A stretch of 63,471 bases of DNA, the filler included, from Pelomyxa schiedti (taxonomy: Eukaryota; Protista; Evosea), in NCBI GenBank assembly GCA_020536535.1. It is 8 parts of 8 records of this genome, joined end to end, with 100 filler letters (N's around TTAATTAATTAA, not from the genome) between each part and the next. Parts side by side here need not be neighbours in the genome. Positions count along the whole stretch, not along the records: positions 51,371 to 55,282 come from JAHLWZ010000371.1; positions 55,383 to 57,521 come from JAHLWZ010002114.1; positions 57,622 to 61,890 come from JAHLWZ010000293.1; positions 61,991 to 63,471 come from JAHLWZ010002475.1; 4 more parts are not named here. One strand, written 5' to 3'. The notes beneath the pieces were generated by a model. It was not told the DNA's origin. It ran no database searches and was given only the letters and a program-made list of their open reading frames with translations. The position numbers and the translations under genes are program-made. Every line of letters begins with the position of its first letter. Positions within the stretch are counted from its first letter, which is position 1. Of this stretch, positions 51,371-63,471 are shown one piece after another.

Positions 51371-53386
51371 AGATGCTACTTCGTGTGTTTGCTGAGGACT
51401 TGACACCCCAATTTGTCCAGGAGAGCCTGATGGACCTTGCCATGAGCTCACCGCTTCACATACAAGCCACAGTCAGTGCCGTCGAGGGACTCACGATGGA
51501 CGACATGGTTCCTGACACCGACGACGATGACACAAGGTGGCTCACTGCCCTGTGGTGGCTCGTGCGTCCTCCTGACTCTGCTGCTCACTAACCCACCCCT
51601 AAACCAATCACCTTTTTTGTCTTGCACCAGGTTCACCATAATTTATGCCTTGGTTGCTCGCAACAACACCTCTTCCAATGTCTGTGAATCACCGTTCTGT
51701 GAATGTGAAGTTTGTTACGAAGACAATCTCTTCTCTTCTTTCGAAAGGAAACGAACAACAGCGTGTGGGTACACCAACAGCGCAGCACGAGTACGACGTG
51801 TCGGGCAGCCTGTGCCGATACAACAACACGGCCGCGGCCGCCGGGGGGGCGCACGTTGTGTGCGTCGGGTGTGCTGTGCTGTGCTGATGTTTTGACAACG
51901 CACGCGAAGAGGGTAAGGGTCCCATAGTTTGTTTTATAGCAACAGCAGCAACAACAATGGAGATGAGGGAGGAGGCACCCAGTACCACCACTTGTACTGC
52001 GCAGCCGGGTCGCACTGCAATGTGTAGGGGTGTTGTGCCACACTGACGCACCACTGTGGTCACCATTGCTGGTGAGGGCCACACAAGGCCATTATGACGA
52101 GGTCTGTGTCTGTATAAGTGTAGAAATGAACACACAGGGACAGGTTAATGAAGGCTGTGATCGCATCCAAGCCAACACAACTCCAATTGACAGTGAAGTG
52201 TCCGATTTGTGGAGAGGCAATTCCCAGATGAAAAAGGACTTGGCACTCTCCAGGTTGTTGTGAACTTCAGACTTTCAACACAGTGTGTCTCACAGCATCA
52301 GCCTTCTCTGAATGAGTTTGTGTTCCCCCTTTTTTTTTCCCCGCTCCGCTTCCAAGGGTCTGGAACATGCAGAAATGTGAAACATGGGGTTCAGGTAATG
52401 ATCATTACTTTTAAAATCGAATTGGCTGACAAACTATTTAGGGAACAAACCGATTCTGTGACAATGATGATAGAGTGGGAATTGGCACGTAGCTTTGCTG
52501 CTCAGTGTGCGGAACAAAATACCAGGTGAGTGTTCCTCGACGCAATAAAACAGTAAAAATGCAAGCCAATAAAACAATAAATACAACCGAACTGTACACA
52601 AAAACTATTGTAAATAGAGTTGGCACTGATCCTGCTTTACGTAGCTCTGGATTTCACGATTTCCGGAGCTTCAATTGCGCATATCTAGCATTGCCGTGCT
52701 TGTCAGATGTGTAAGGCAGGATTCCAATCGTTTCCGCACTAATCCTGATGCAAACATGCATGCTGCCAGTGTGTGCCAGAAATGCAGGTTTATGCTTCTG
52801 CTTCCTCTGAGCTCTTTCTTCTAATTCAAACAATAGGTCGATTTTAAAACGACTGAAATTCATTGCTTGGCGAATTTATGTTCACTGCCTCGATTCATGT
52901 AATCATCACTATTTTTCAATTGAATTGACTTACAATTAGGCTTGAGAAAACCGATTCTGTGATAAGTCTGAGGTGGAAATTGGCTTTGAAGCCAATCAGT
53001 ATGCACAGTTCAACCAAAACATAGGTGTTTCACTCAATCCAGTAGTTTCTCTCTATCGTAGAGTAAAACCAATATAATACGTAGCTTTGGACGAGTTCCG
53101 CAAACGTGCATAGTGAGCATTCCCGCACTTGGCAGAACACTTACTGGATGTTGTATGCATGATTCTTACCACTTCCACACTAATCCTGTCAACAGATGAT
53201 GACGATGACGCATGCTGCCAGTGTTTCGGAAACGTCCGGTTCAATGCCGCAAATAGCTCCCAACCACCACAACCACCTCCGCTGCGCCGAATTCTCTGCA
53301 AATAAAAGGTGATGGGAAAGAAGTATCGACAGTACATTGAAACTTCAAACTTCACAAATAATTTAGGGGTTAAGCATGTCACTAGG

Positions 53387-55282
53387 TTACATCTTTTTAA
53401 ATGTCAATGAAGAAAGTTGTGTGTGTTTGGAGGGGAAGAAGATTACCGAAACGGTGACTTCAAACATTCCTTTTGCTCCATTCATGCCGGCAACTTGCAG
53501 GAAGTATTCAGTGCCTTTGTAGCTGGTCCATGTCACGAGTGATGTTCCTCCACAGTACTTCCCGTTGTCATTGTACGCCACGCAAGATTCCACTGTTCCG
53601 TTGCATGATGAGAACACTGATAGAATGGTGTCAAACACGGTCTGGGAGGTGCATGTGGATGCTGATATTGTGCCTCCGGTTCCTTGTATTGCGTACCACA
53701 GCGCTGTGATCGAGTNNNNNNNNNNNNNNNNNNNNNNNNNNNNNNNNNNNNNNNNNNNNNNNNNNNNNNNNNNNNNNNNNNNNNNNNNNNNNNNNNNNNN
53801 NNNNNNNNNNNNNNNGTTCCGTTGCATGATGAGAACACTGATAGAATGGTGTCAAACACGGTCTGGGAGGTGCATGTGGATGCTGATATTGTGCCTCCGG
53901 TTCCTTGTATTGCGTACCACAGCGCTGTGATCGAGTGAGGGAATAAAATTGGTGATATTATAATTAAATACTGTAATGAATGCGTAATTACACCCGGTTT
54001 TTGGAGGAAGATTGCCTGTTGTTATTATTATTCGTATTATTACTTATACCTGGGGAATACTGCTGTGTGCAGGAGCTGAAGGAAGTGGAAGAATAAGTTG
54101 TGTAGCTCCGCGTTGACCATGATGAAATACCAGCCGGAACTTGGTATGCATTCACACATTGACTGTTGTCAACTGTTTGTTGACAGTGAGTGAAACAATT
54201 TTTTTTTTTAGTTGCGGTTTCATTGTGCGGGGGAGTTTTAATGTTCTGCTTACTTTTTGTTGGGTGAGAAGGAAATAAATACATGTTTCAAAATCCAGAC
54301 TGACTGTCATGGATCCCAGGGAAAGACTCTTGGTTGGAGTTGCGAAAATGAAGTAAGGTATACCCGCCAGTGCCATCCACGCAACTTGTCCTTTGCCGGA
54401 ACAGTAATTTGTGTCACTGTTGAAGTGTCCTAAAAGGAAAAAGAAACAAAGAGAGAAAAAATACCTGTAAGTTTCACACAGGCTCATGAAGCACGGATTG
54501 TAAGTGTCAGCATAAACCTCAATCGTTGTGCTTTCAGATGTGTCAGAGTTGCACGAATCAACAGAGACTTGAACCGGTGCATCTGATGTGAAGTAATACC
54601 ATCTCCCTGTGAGTGATAAACGAAGATGTGAATTGGAAATTGTCAATCATCCAAAGAGAGTTCATTTACCTGTCCGCTGCAATGGGCCTGTGCAGCCACC
54701 TTCTGAAATTTGATCTGTGGCGCTTATCTTCTGTGTGACATTCCACGGAAAGCTGGGAACCAGCATGGCATCATAGCACGCATCATTGTCAGAATCTGAC
54801 ACTAAAGGACCCGATTCAGATTTCCACAATAGTTGAGAATAGAGATACCGAGATCGACCAACAGATGGATGTAAACACCATCAGGTTCATCAATCCATCC
54901 ATGCACACCAATGTAGTATGTTTGTCCTTTAACAGTATCCCACTGGACCTTTTTTCCCCCCACATTGAACAAAAAGAAACTGAAGCAAATGAGGTGGCCC
55001 TCTCATACATACATATGCAGCATAAAAGCAGTAGTTATAGTTATACACAAGGCAAGTGTCTGCAATGCCCCCTGAGCAGCCCGTATACACGTCAATAACA
55101 GTTTCGACATACTAAACTTTAACAGTAAAAAAAAATAACTGACTAGAAGGATAAGGGGAAATCTAACATAATCCGCATCTCCAAGACATGTTGTGGCGAA
55201 TAGTGGTTGTCCAGTTCCTTGCACCGTCCACCAGAGTGCTGGTTGTTTTGAGTTAGTTCATTCCGCACTGAGCTCCTCAGGG
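53387..55282 (-). CDS. Secreted or surface protein with repeated PPC-like beta-sandwich modules (partial)
   Basis: At least three related modules: ALWWTVQGTGQPLFATTC; DNDACYDA...RWYYFTS...VSVDSCNS...PYFIFA; DNSQCVNAYQ...LWYAIQGTGGTISASTC...FDTILSVFSSC...CVAYNDN...YFLQVAGMNGAKGMFEVTV. Confidence 0.7.
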
Positions 55283-55382
55283 NNNNNNNNNNNNNNNNNN
55301 NNNNNNNNNNNNNNNNNNNNNNNNNNTTAATTAATTAANNNNNNNNNNNNNNNNNNNNNNNNNNNNNNNNNNNNNNNNNNNN
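55283..55382. other. Artificial scaffold linker
   Basis: N44-TTAATTAATTAA-N44. Confidence 0.97.
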
Positions 55383-56882
55383 GCTGTGGGAAAACACACA
55401 CCAACACAGGTTGTGAAGATCCTCATCTCAAGGAAGTTTGGAGTTGAGCCAACACAACAAGTCATTTTCATTGTTGGTTCAGATGATAACCACTCAGAGG
55501 AACGTACCATTTGAAGAGGACAGTAGCCACACACAATTTCATCGAAAGGGGCATGGTCCTCAAATACAATCCTGATTTGTGAGCGTTTGCAGTGGTTGCT
55601 TTTGTTGTTGTTGGTTTCAGGGAGCAAAATGTTGCACCATGTGCCTTCTCCTTGTTCAACATGTGACATCACATGATTCATGTCTGTGATTGACAGTTAG
55701 GGGGCCAGTGGTTGGTAGAGAAAAGGGGGGTTGTGAGGCGCAAACGGTGATTAAATCTTTGTTGAGCAGATGCTCTTTCATCACAAAAGATGTTCAGGTT
55801 CTTGACACTTTCTTCCTCCAGTGTGGATATCATTCCCAGCAGTTCTTTTGGGTGTTCAGAGGGAGAAGAAAGGTGGAGGTTAAAAACCCTTGTTCTTTGC
55901 AGTCAAGTCAGCAAATATTTTTTGGTGGAGTTGAGTTTCGTCATTGAGAAGCTTCAGCTTTGCGTTTTCTTCCTCCAATTGTGTGATTCGCGCATTTAAT
56001 TCTGTGATTTCTTCTGTTGAACACAAAAGGTGTGATTTGAGATTTGAAGGGTTGTGGGGTACAACTTTGCACCTGTGTTCCAGTGATTTCTTGGAAATTC
56101 AGTGATTTCTTCCTGGTCTCACTGGAAATTCCTTGTTTCCCATCATCGTTGCTGCTGCTGCCAATGGTGATGCCAACAGCTCTGAATTGCACATTGCTGG
56201 TGGTCCTGGTCCTGGTCCTGGTCATTGTGGCCGTTTCTGCCGTCGTTGTTGTTGTTGTTGTTGTTGTTGCTGCTGCGGGTGGTGTTTGTAGTTGTGGATG
56301 TGGTGGTGGTGAGGTGGGCTTGGAGGATTGAAGCATTCTCGTGTTGTGAGCCTTCAACAGGTTGCAGATATCAGTGAGGTTCCTTCTTTTTGCCACGTCG
56401 AGCGGTGTTTCGCCTTCTCTGTTCACGCGGTTCGCGTTGATCCCGCTGACTTGGAGCAGAGCCCTCACCCCTTCCGCGAATCCCGTCTCGCAAGCCGCGT
56501 GCAGCGCCGTCTGGCCGATGAGAGACACGAACACCGACGGCTGCTGCACCGCCAAGTTGACGTCCACGCGCGGGCACTCGAGCAGCGCCGCCGCCACGCC
56601 CGGCCAGCGCAGCCAACACGCGACGGCCAGCGGGCACGCCTTGTTCACGTCCACGTCGGGCCTCGCCGCCAGCAGCCTCACCACCGCCTCGTGGCCGTGC
56701 TGGGCGGCGCAAAACAGCGGCGTCCGGCCGGTGATGTCGGGCGTGTTTGGGTCGACCGGGGGGCGGGGGCTGCGCGACGTGCCCTCCCCAGCGCCGAGGA
56801 GCTCCCGGACGTAGTGAAGCTCGGTCCAACCGCCGGCGCCGACGGGGGTGTTGATGGGCCTGTCTGACAGCGGTGTTGTCAT
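55383..56882 (-). CDS. Ankyrin-repeat protein with Thr-rich linker and coiled coil (3' exons uncertain, probably partial)
   Basis: ATG 56882. GRTPLFCAAQHGHEAVVRLL, GQTALHAACETGFAEGVRALL, GETPLDVA. Spliced continuation EEITELNARITQLEEENAKLKLL. Confidence 0.85.
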
Positions 56883-57521
56883 CGATCGCGATGATGGGTT
56901 TGGTTGGTTGCCGTTTGGTAGCCTGGGAAAGGGGCACGGCAACCCGTGGGAGAATTCAACAAGGCCAAAGCCGGACTTTGAAATCGGGGTACGTACACCT
57001 CGTTTGATCAAAAACCACCAACATTTCAGAAAACCAACACCCTATTGCCAGGCTGTTCTGTTTAATTCAGACATTTGGTTGTGAAATGTAGGTCCACAAC
57101 CCCGAGGGCCCCTGTTGGGGCGCCCATGTCCTTGCTGTTGTCGCAAAAAATCGAAATTGCCTTATCGGGCCCGATTTAAATTATGCAAAGAGATTTACGG
57201 TTTTCAACAGTTTTTTGAGAACTATGATGAGCGGGGAAAAGCAAAGAAGGCTGCAGCCAAGCCCGCAAGGCGCGCGGCATAGTGCGGCCCCCCCGTTGGC
57301 GTCGACGTGGTTACCGCGGCGGCGGTGGAGGCCGTGTTGGTGTTGGTATCGGAGGCCGTGGTGGTGTTGGTGTCGATGTTGCGTGTGTGGCCTGGGCTTG
57401 TTGTTGTTGTTGCTGTGTTTGTGATGATTGTGGGTGCGGAACCACCACCTGAACTGGTGGTTGTTGTGACTATGAGCTCTGTGCATGTCATCATGATTTT
57501 CTCAATTGCGGGGAACGACGG

Positions 57522-57621
57522 NNNNNNNNNNNNNNNNNNNNNNNNNNNNNNNNNNNNNNNNNNNNTTAATTAATTAANNNNNNNNNNNNNNNNNNNNNNN
57601 NNNNNNNNNNNNNNNNNNNNN
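57522..57621. other. Artificial scaffold linker
   Basis: N44-TTAATTAATTAA-N44. Confidence 0.97.
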
Positions 57622-57719
57622 CCGCGGATCTCGTCGACGGTGATCCCGAACTTGTTCATTGTGTAGACGGCAAGATGCGGTGATGATGTTTTCCACCACG
57701 GGCAGAAATTTGGAGCGTA

Positions 57720-60700
57720 TCACCGTGGCGTCAATGGAGTCTCCCAGCCGTAGTTACTAAGAATTGCATGCCATCCTGCAAGATCCCATCTCAGCAGATA
57801 CGAACGAGGGATGGAGAAGTATCTGATTTGATAATTATCAGGTGTAAAAAAAGTGAGTATTACATGATGTGATCGATGAAGCGGAGTCTTTAGGCGAAGA
57901 CAGGACTTTTTTTTCCTCCCTTCGACATGGGAGCTCAAAGAACCACCGAATTGTGCTCTGTGACGTGGTGCGTTGTGACCACAGGACCACAAAGTGTTGT
58001 CAATGTCAGTCGTCATCGGAGTCACGGTTATAGTCGTCGGAGGGGATATCCTCCAGGAATGCTTCATCACGGTAATGGAAGTACTCCTTGAAGAAGTAAT
58101 CATCACAAGCAGTGGTGGTTGCAGTTGTGACGGCGGAAGAAGTAGGTGCAGGTGGTGCTGATGTGGATGAGGCTGCGGAACTGGTGGAAGAGGCTGTTGT
58201 GATTGAGGCTGATGCAGTTGTACTGCTGGTGGTTGCAGGGTCGGAAGAAGAAGATGNNNNNNNNNNNNNNNNNNNNNNNNNNNNNNNNNNNNNNNNNNNN
58301 NNNNNNNNNNNNNNNNNNNNNNNNNNNNNNNNNNNNNNNNNNNNNNNNNNNNNNNNGAAGAAGTAGGTGCAGGTGGTGCTGATGTGGATGAGGCTGCGGA
58401 ACTGGTGGAAGAGGCTGTTGTGATTGAGGCTGATGCAGTTGTACTGCTGGTGGTTGCAGGGTCGGAAGAAGAAGATGAAACCTCAAAAGCGGTACCACAG
58501 CCGTGTGTTGCAAACACTTTTGCCATGGCCGGTGTAAGTTTCCTGGGATCAACCGGAATTTCAGCAATGTATTGACTGAACCGTGTTGGTCCGCTAGACT
58601 CTGCGTGTGATGTTATGGTGTGAACTTGGGATAATTTGGAGTATGACAAATCACATGCCACCAGCAGCAAGCAAGCAAGAAATATTGAAGGTACCTGCAA
58701 TTGCATTGACAAAAGTAATGTTGTTGTTCTTCAGGGCCTTCAGCACCGCCGGTAGTACCTCTCCTGAAATCGGTGGAACGCCGGCAGGACCGGTTTTCGA
58801 GAACACGAGCCGGGTGAGTTCTTCACTTTTCGCAATCTTGAAGAGGGTCGCTCCACAAATATGCGCACAACAGTTGAACGGGTCCACGTTGGGAATCTTA
58901 AGAAGCAACGTCACGATTTCCCAGTTGCTGGATTTTGTGTCCCTCTTGATTGCCAGGTCCAATGGTGCTCCTTCCTCTTTTTGTTGCCATCCGCGCTGTA
59001 GTTTTGTTACTTACAATCCAACCCCCACCAATAATGTGTTGAAACTTACAAATACATTCATACAGTTCGCCACGGAATGATGGAGGTTCGGAATCGATGC
59101 CGCAGCTTTGAGAACCTCAACGGTGATTGGCCGCTTTTCACATAACAAGGCTCCGTAAATCGGGTTTGTCCTCTCAGATGGAAGCCAAACCGATTCGTGG
59201 TTGGCAAGCATTTTCACCATCTCCAAATTTTTCCCCTTGATTGCCTCTTGCAAATCGCTTGCCTGTTGTTGTGGATTATTTTTTGTGGAAAGAACTGAAA
59301 GGCATACTGATGCTTTGTACCCAGAGTCCACGAGGAGCTTGCAGAACTCCACTATTTTCGGTGATTTCCGAATAATTTGCAGTGGAGTGTGAAGGTTCAT
59401 TCCATCCCGGATGAGAATATTTGGGGTGAGTCCGTTGGAAAGCAACATTCTTGTGAGCTCGAGGTCCTTCAACTTCAGTGCAAAATGGAGCGGACGCATG
59501 GCACAGACTCTGTTCCTATTCTTTCTGTGACAGAACAGGAACCCCCCAATAGTGGCTGTTTGGGAAACAACCACTGACACGAACCACGTTCTGAATATAT
59601 CGGTGTTCCATGAATCTGGTGGAGAGAAATTCCATTTGTCCAGCTGTTTGACAAGATGCCTGATTAACGGTCTCACTTGAGCCTGTCCGGTTGGGAGGTT
59701 CCCACCAGGGCAACGCTCCAGCATGAGGTTGGCCATGCCGATGTCTGGTGCATCCAGGAACAGCTTCCCCCAGTTCACGTGGTTCCTCTCTGTTTCAGAA
59801 ACGAGACCCAGCAACGTTTTCACCAACGCCAAGTCATTCCTCTTGAATGCATACAAGAACGCCGTTGTGATCACTTTGCAGGCCTTATCCATTGTTTCTG
59901 GATCAATGGTTGGAGCAACAATGGGTGAACTCAGTCCAAACTTTGAAACTTGTTCAAAAAGAGCTTCCACCTGAGAAAGCCGAAAAGATTTGATTATTCG
60001 AAAGGGTGAGGTGGCACACACCTGTTTTGGTTCAGAGATAGCTGTGAACCAGGTCCAGTCCCCTTTGACAGAGAACATTTCACCAAAGGTCTTGAACACA
60101 TCCAGTTGGTTCTCATGCAAATACTTTTTGAGAATCATCTGCCCAACACCCTCAGCAGTGCATTGGCCTGGGCTGTACCCTTCAGGTGCGAGATCTGACA
60201 CGGCTTTCTCGCTGTACTTCATACCCATTGAGAGAATCATCCTCGTTGCCCCTGGGTTTGGTGACTGCAAGAGCCAGTGCATTGGAACCCTTTTTATTTT
60301 TTTTTGTTGGTCACACAGTCAACTCTCTATAAATATTGAGAAGTGAGACACACTTGTCAAGCTTTTCAATTGAAAGAATTTTGGACATTGTCTCTGGGTC
60401 TTCACAGCACCTAATCCAGGAGTATGCTGACTTCCCATTGCGGTCTTTGATGCCTGCATGTGACTGAGCATAATCCAGAATCGTGCTCAGAGTTTTTTCC
60501 TTTATGTTGCCCTGGAAGTACCTGACCATGGAATCCCAGAAGCAAATATTTGTTCCATCCAAAATCGCATTGGTGATTGCGCGCCACTGCTCACTCCCAA
60601 ACGTAATACGTTTTTGAATATCTTTAAATATCTCCGTAACAAGACACTCAGCAGTGCAATACTTCGGCTTCTCATCAAGATCGCTTGCTGCATTGTCACA

Positions 60701-61730
60701 GTATTGCACCCCTTTCAATATTGCCAAATCAATCACAGGTTTTTCTGCTTTCGGCCTCAGCCAATGCAATGGTACCCTGTTTTGTTGTCAGGCTTCATGC
60801 TTTTTGTTTTGTTTGTATCAAGACGTACTTGTCCCGCTTGTCAAGTGCCAGTATCTTAAGCAAACTAGCTTGGTCTTTGCACTTCTGAATGCAAGAATAC
60901 GCAGTGGATCTGTCTTCCATGCCTTTGGTTATTGCGTGGTCAAGAAGGGCCTCAAATATCTCTGTTTCTTCAACGAAGTCCCGCAGTATTGACCAATCAC
61001 ACAAAAACTTTGCCCTTTCAAGCAATGCCTGTGCAATGGAAGATCGCTGGCCTGAGTGATTTCCTCTTAGTCCCCGGAGTATTGTAGATACACTCCCTTG
61101 ACTTAAGCTGGAGCAGTCAACGTATTGAAGAACTTCCTTCATTTTCGCGCAGTCACACCAGTCAGCAGCACCCTCCAGAACATTTTGGGGTGAAATATTC
61201 TTTGCAATAGCTGAGATGAGGCTATCAGCAACTTCCTTTTCAGCAGCATTCAGATTCGTCCACAGAAAGAAAAGTTTAGACGTAGAACTGACTCTTGTCA
61301 AGTGTGGGCCCAGGTGTTCAATCAAACCGGCCTTGATGAGTGCCCTGGCAACTTGATCAATTGGTTTTGGTGAGAACTCGTCAGCACAAGTGGGAATATT
61401 TGCTGCTTTTGCAATCAAATACGCCTCACGAGTCTCCGGTGTGATCTTGAGTGCAATGGAATCCAGGTCAAGAAAGTATATACGTTCGATCCTCTGTCTT
61501 ACACTATCTGCCAGCAGAATCGACAGTATTGCTGGGAATCTGTGTGCGTTTGCAAACAGTTTCAGCGTTTGGGTTACAAGTAATTAGCAAAACATAACAA
61601 CCTGTAGCACGCAGTTTTCAGGTGAAACGAAGCGGAAGTATTTTTTTCGAGGAGTTGTTTGACAAGTTCAATGTTACCATCCTTCTGCGCCTGTTCAATC
61701 GCCACTGACCAAGCCTCATCTCGAAACAGA
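57720..61730 (-). CDS. Large multi-exon ankyrin(-like) repeat protein with internal duplications and a Ser/Thr-rich segment
   Basis: Consecutive same-strand ORFs 60795-61418, 60311-60769, 59011-60282, 58651-58962 and 57720-58712 separated by GT-AG-like gaps. Ankyrin motifs: AQKDGNIELVKQLLE, RPLHFALKLKDLELTRMLLSNG, AIKGKNLEMVKML, NWEIVTLLLKIPNVD. A single-gene model is assumed. Confidence 0.7.
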
Positions 61731-61890
61731 CAAGTCAGTCAAACGACACACCACCCACGTTGTTAACAATGGCAAACACAAAACGCAACGAACCACGCAC
61801 GGGCCTCTTGGTCGAGAACATCCGAGTGCTGGGAAAAAGTACAGAACGGGATCTGCCAGTCCCCAGTTTCACCCTTCTTGCACAGGCGTG

Positions 61891-61990
61891 NNNNNNNNNN
61901 NNNNNNNNNNNNNNNNNNNNNNNNNNNNNNNNNNTTAATTAATTAANNNNNNNNNNNNNNNNNNNNNNNNNNNNNNNNNNNNNNNNNNNN
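61891..61990. other. Artificial scaffold linker
   Basis: N44-TTAATTAATTAA-N44. Confidence 0.97.
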
Positions 61991-62375
61991 ATCACACCTT
62001 TACTGCCGCTGAAGGAGAATTCCGAGTTCATCACACTGGGAACGACCTCGCATTCCCGTCACTCACTGTTCCATGCTCGTGGGCAAGGCACAAGTCAGGC
62101 CTCATTCTCTCTACAACACAAAAATGGAGCTCTGATTTCAGAGGCAACGAAGTGAAGCTGAACCTTCATGATGGTTTCACTGGCACCCTCATTGGTAACA
62201 TCAACGTGCCATTGCTGCCAAATTTCCACTTCTATCCATTCCTCTGTATGCATTTTTGATTCCCCTGTCACCAGGCAAAAAAAGTACCACAGCACATCGA
62301 CGTGGTACACCTACATTTCATTCTCGTTGATTTGATGTAAATTTTGATTCGAATTGGGCACAACAAAAATTCGAA

Positions 62376-63471
62376 ATGAACCCAACAGCGACGATTCGGG
62401 CAGTGATCGACGCACGATCACAGTTTATTGGTGGTTTTGCGTGCTCGGTGTTGGAGAGGTGCGGGAGAGGGAGCCCAGCGAGGCTGCTGTCCCACAATCG
62501 CGCGCTGTGCGAGCAGTTCGGCCGCGACTGGGTCGTCGGTTGCTCCAGGTGGATCGGAACAACCGTCACGTCTCCACTTGTGGGAGGCGGTGCCCTGGTG
62601 TCCAACGGGAAAACAACAGCCAATATTCACGTGTTCATTGGCCTGAGCGCAACACTGGGTGTTGTGTCATTCAGGTGTATCACAGATTCACAGGTCACCA
62701 CATTGATGAAAGATGAGGGTAGGCTTGGCCACGTCGAGGAGTGTGTGGGGGATGACAGGTTTGTGGAAGGATCCTTCTTGGGGCGCTCGTGCATCGTGAA
62801 CAGCAAGGGAGAAGTTCTGGCAGAACTGGAAGGTGTGACGCAGCTGTGTGACTTGTTTGGGTTCTGGGTCAGCAACAAGAGGTGGCTTGTGAGGGTTACA
62901 GGCCAGAGAGTTGCGAAGGTGATTGTGTGGAAGATGAACGATAATGGTGCTCCTGCGTCCCCCTGCGGTGTTGTTCTGAAGTGCACTGTTGCTGTCAGTG
63001 GTGGTTGTGTTGCAAGGCTATCTCCATTTGATCCTTGTGGTGATGTTATTGTTTTTGTCATCCAACAGCCATTGAGGTTGGGTGATCAGCTTGTGTCAAC
63101 AATCTCATTTGTTGACCTCGGGAAGAGCATTGAAGCTGGAGTCACAGTGGTGGTTTCCAATAAGACTGTCATGTTTCTCCCACCCTCAACTCCGATGGAC
63201 CTGGTTTGGGCCTCTCCGAGCACTATCCTCCTTCTGTACAGAGAGGTGCGCCGCGGTGGTGGCTTCCGAGTTTTCAACACTGTCACTGGTGAGACACGGT
63301 CATTCTCTGCAGAGATGTACACAGAAATCTCCACAGCGTGGCCTTCACACATCATCGCCTTCCGTAAAAGTGGTGGCACCTCCAAAATGGCCTCTGTGTG
63401 TGAGGTGTACAGTGTATCAGACTTGAGTAGGCCCTCATCTTGTTATGATTTGGATCTGCCAGGCCAACGGC
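62376..63471 (+). CDS. Uncharacterised lineage-specific family protein, member 4, 3'-partial (not in ORF track)
   Basis: Manual translation: MNPTATIRAVIDARSQFIGG...ERCGRGSPARLL...GRDWVVG...FIGLSATLGVV...SNKRWLV...SFVDLGKS...FNTVTG. Open to the window end. Confidence 0.8.
   Translation, partial: MNPTATIRAVIDARSQFIGGFACSVLERCGRGSPARLLSHNRALCEQFGRDWVVGCSRWIGTTVTSPLVGGGALVSNGKTTANIHVFIGLSATLGVVSFRCITDSQVTTLMKDEGRLGHVEECVGDDRFVEGSFLGRSCIVNSKGEVLAELEGVTQLCDLFGFWVSNKRWLVRVTGQRVAKVIVWKMNDNGAPASPCGVVLKCTVAVSGGCVARLSPFDPCGDVIVFVIQQPLRLGDQLVSTISFVDLGKSIEAGVTVVVSNKTVMFLPPSTPMDLVWASPSTILLLYREVRRGGGFRVFNTVTGETRSFSAEMYTEISTAWPSHIIAFRKSGGTSKMASVCEVYSVSDLSRPSSCYDLDLPGQR

Noticed and set aside
51373-52135. 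RING-like (CEVCYED...HVVCVGC) and single ankyrin-like (GTTPLHIAV) fragments on opposite strands
   Set aside because: The motifs lie in different frames at a scaffold edge. No consistent gene model.

Overview
Eukaryotic genomic DNA, gene-dense with many short (mostly ~45-60 nt) GT-AG introns. It is not one locus: seven 100-nt spacers (N44-TTAATTAATTAA-N44) join eight unrelated scaffolds, and four plain 100-N gaps carry duplicated or inverted flanks. The gene repertoire suggests an amoebozoan protist, possibly a Pelomyxa-like archamoeba (inference only). Conserved genes: fatty-acid elongase, a greatly enlarged ribosomal protein eL8/L7a (~593 aa), DDX54/DBP10, a Rab GTPase, eL20/L18a, Rpt2/PSMC1, Prp16/DHX38 and a tRNA-Arg(CCG) missed by the ORF track. 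Divergent or lineage-specific genes: a full-length actin-like protein lacking catalytic residues, two tandem receptor-type adenylate cyclases, a degenerate mitochondrial carrier, a PINK1-like kinase next to Sel1 repeats, several ankyrin(-like) proteins and four members of an apparently intronless uncharacterised family. Mobile DNA: an RT-deleted chromodomain Ty3/gypsy element, an RLE-type non-LTR fragment between 44-bp direct repeats, a 5'-truncated L1-like RT ORF, and a ~0.4-kb dispersed repeat with a covarying hairpin. All exon structures were read by eye. No database searches were run.
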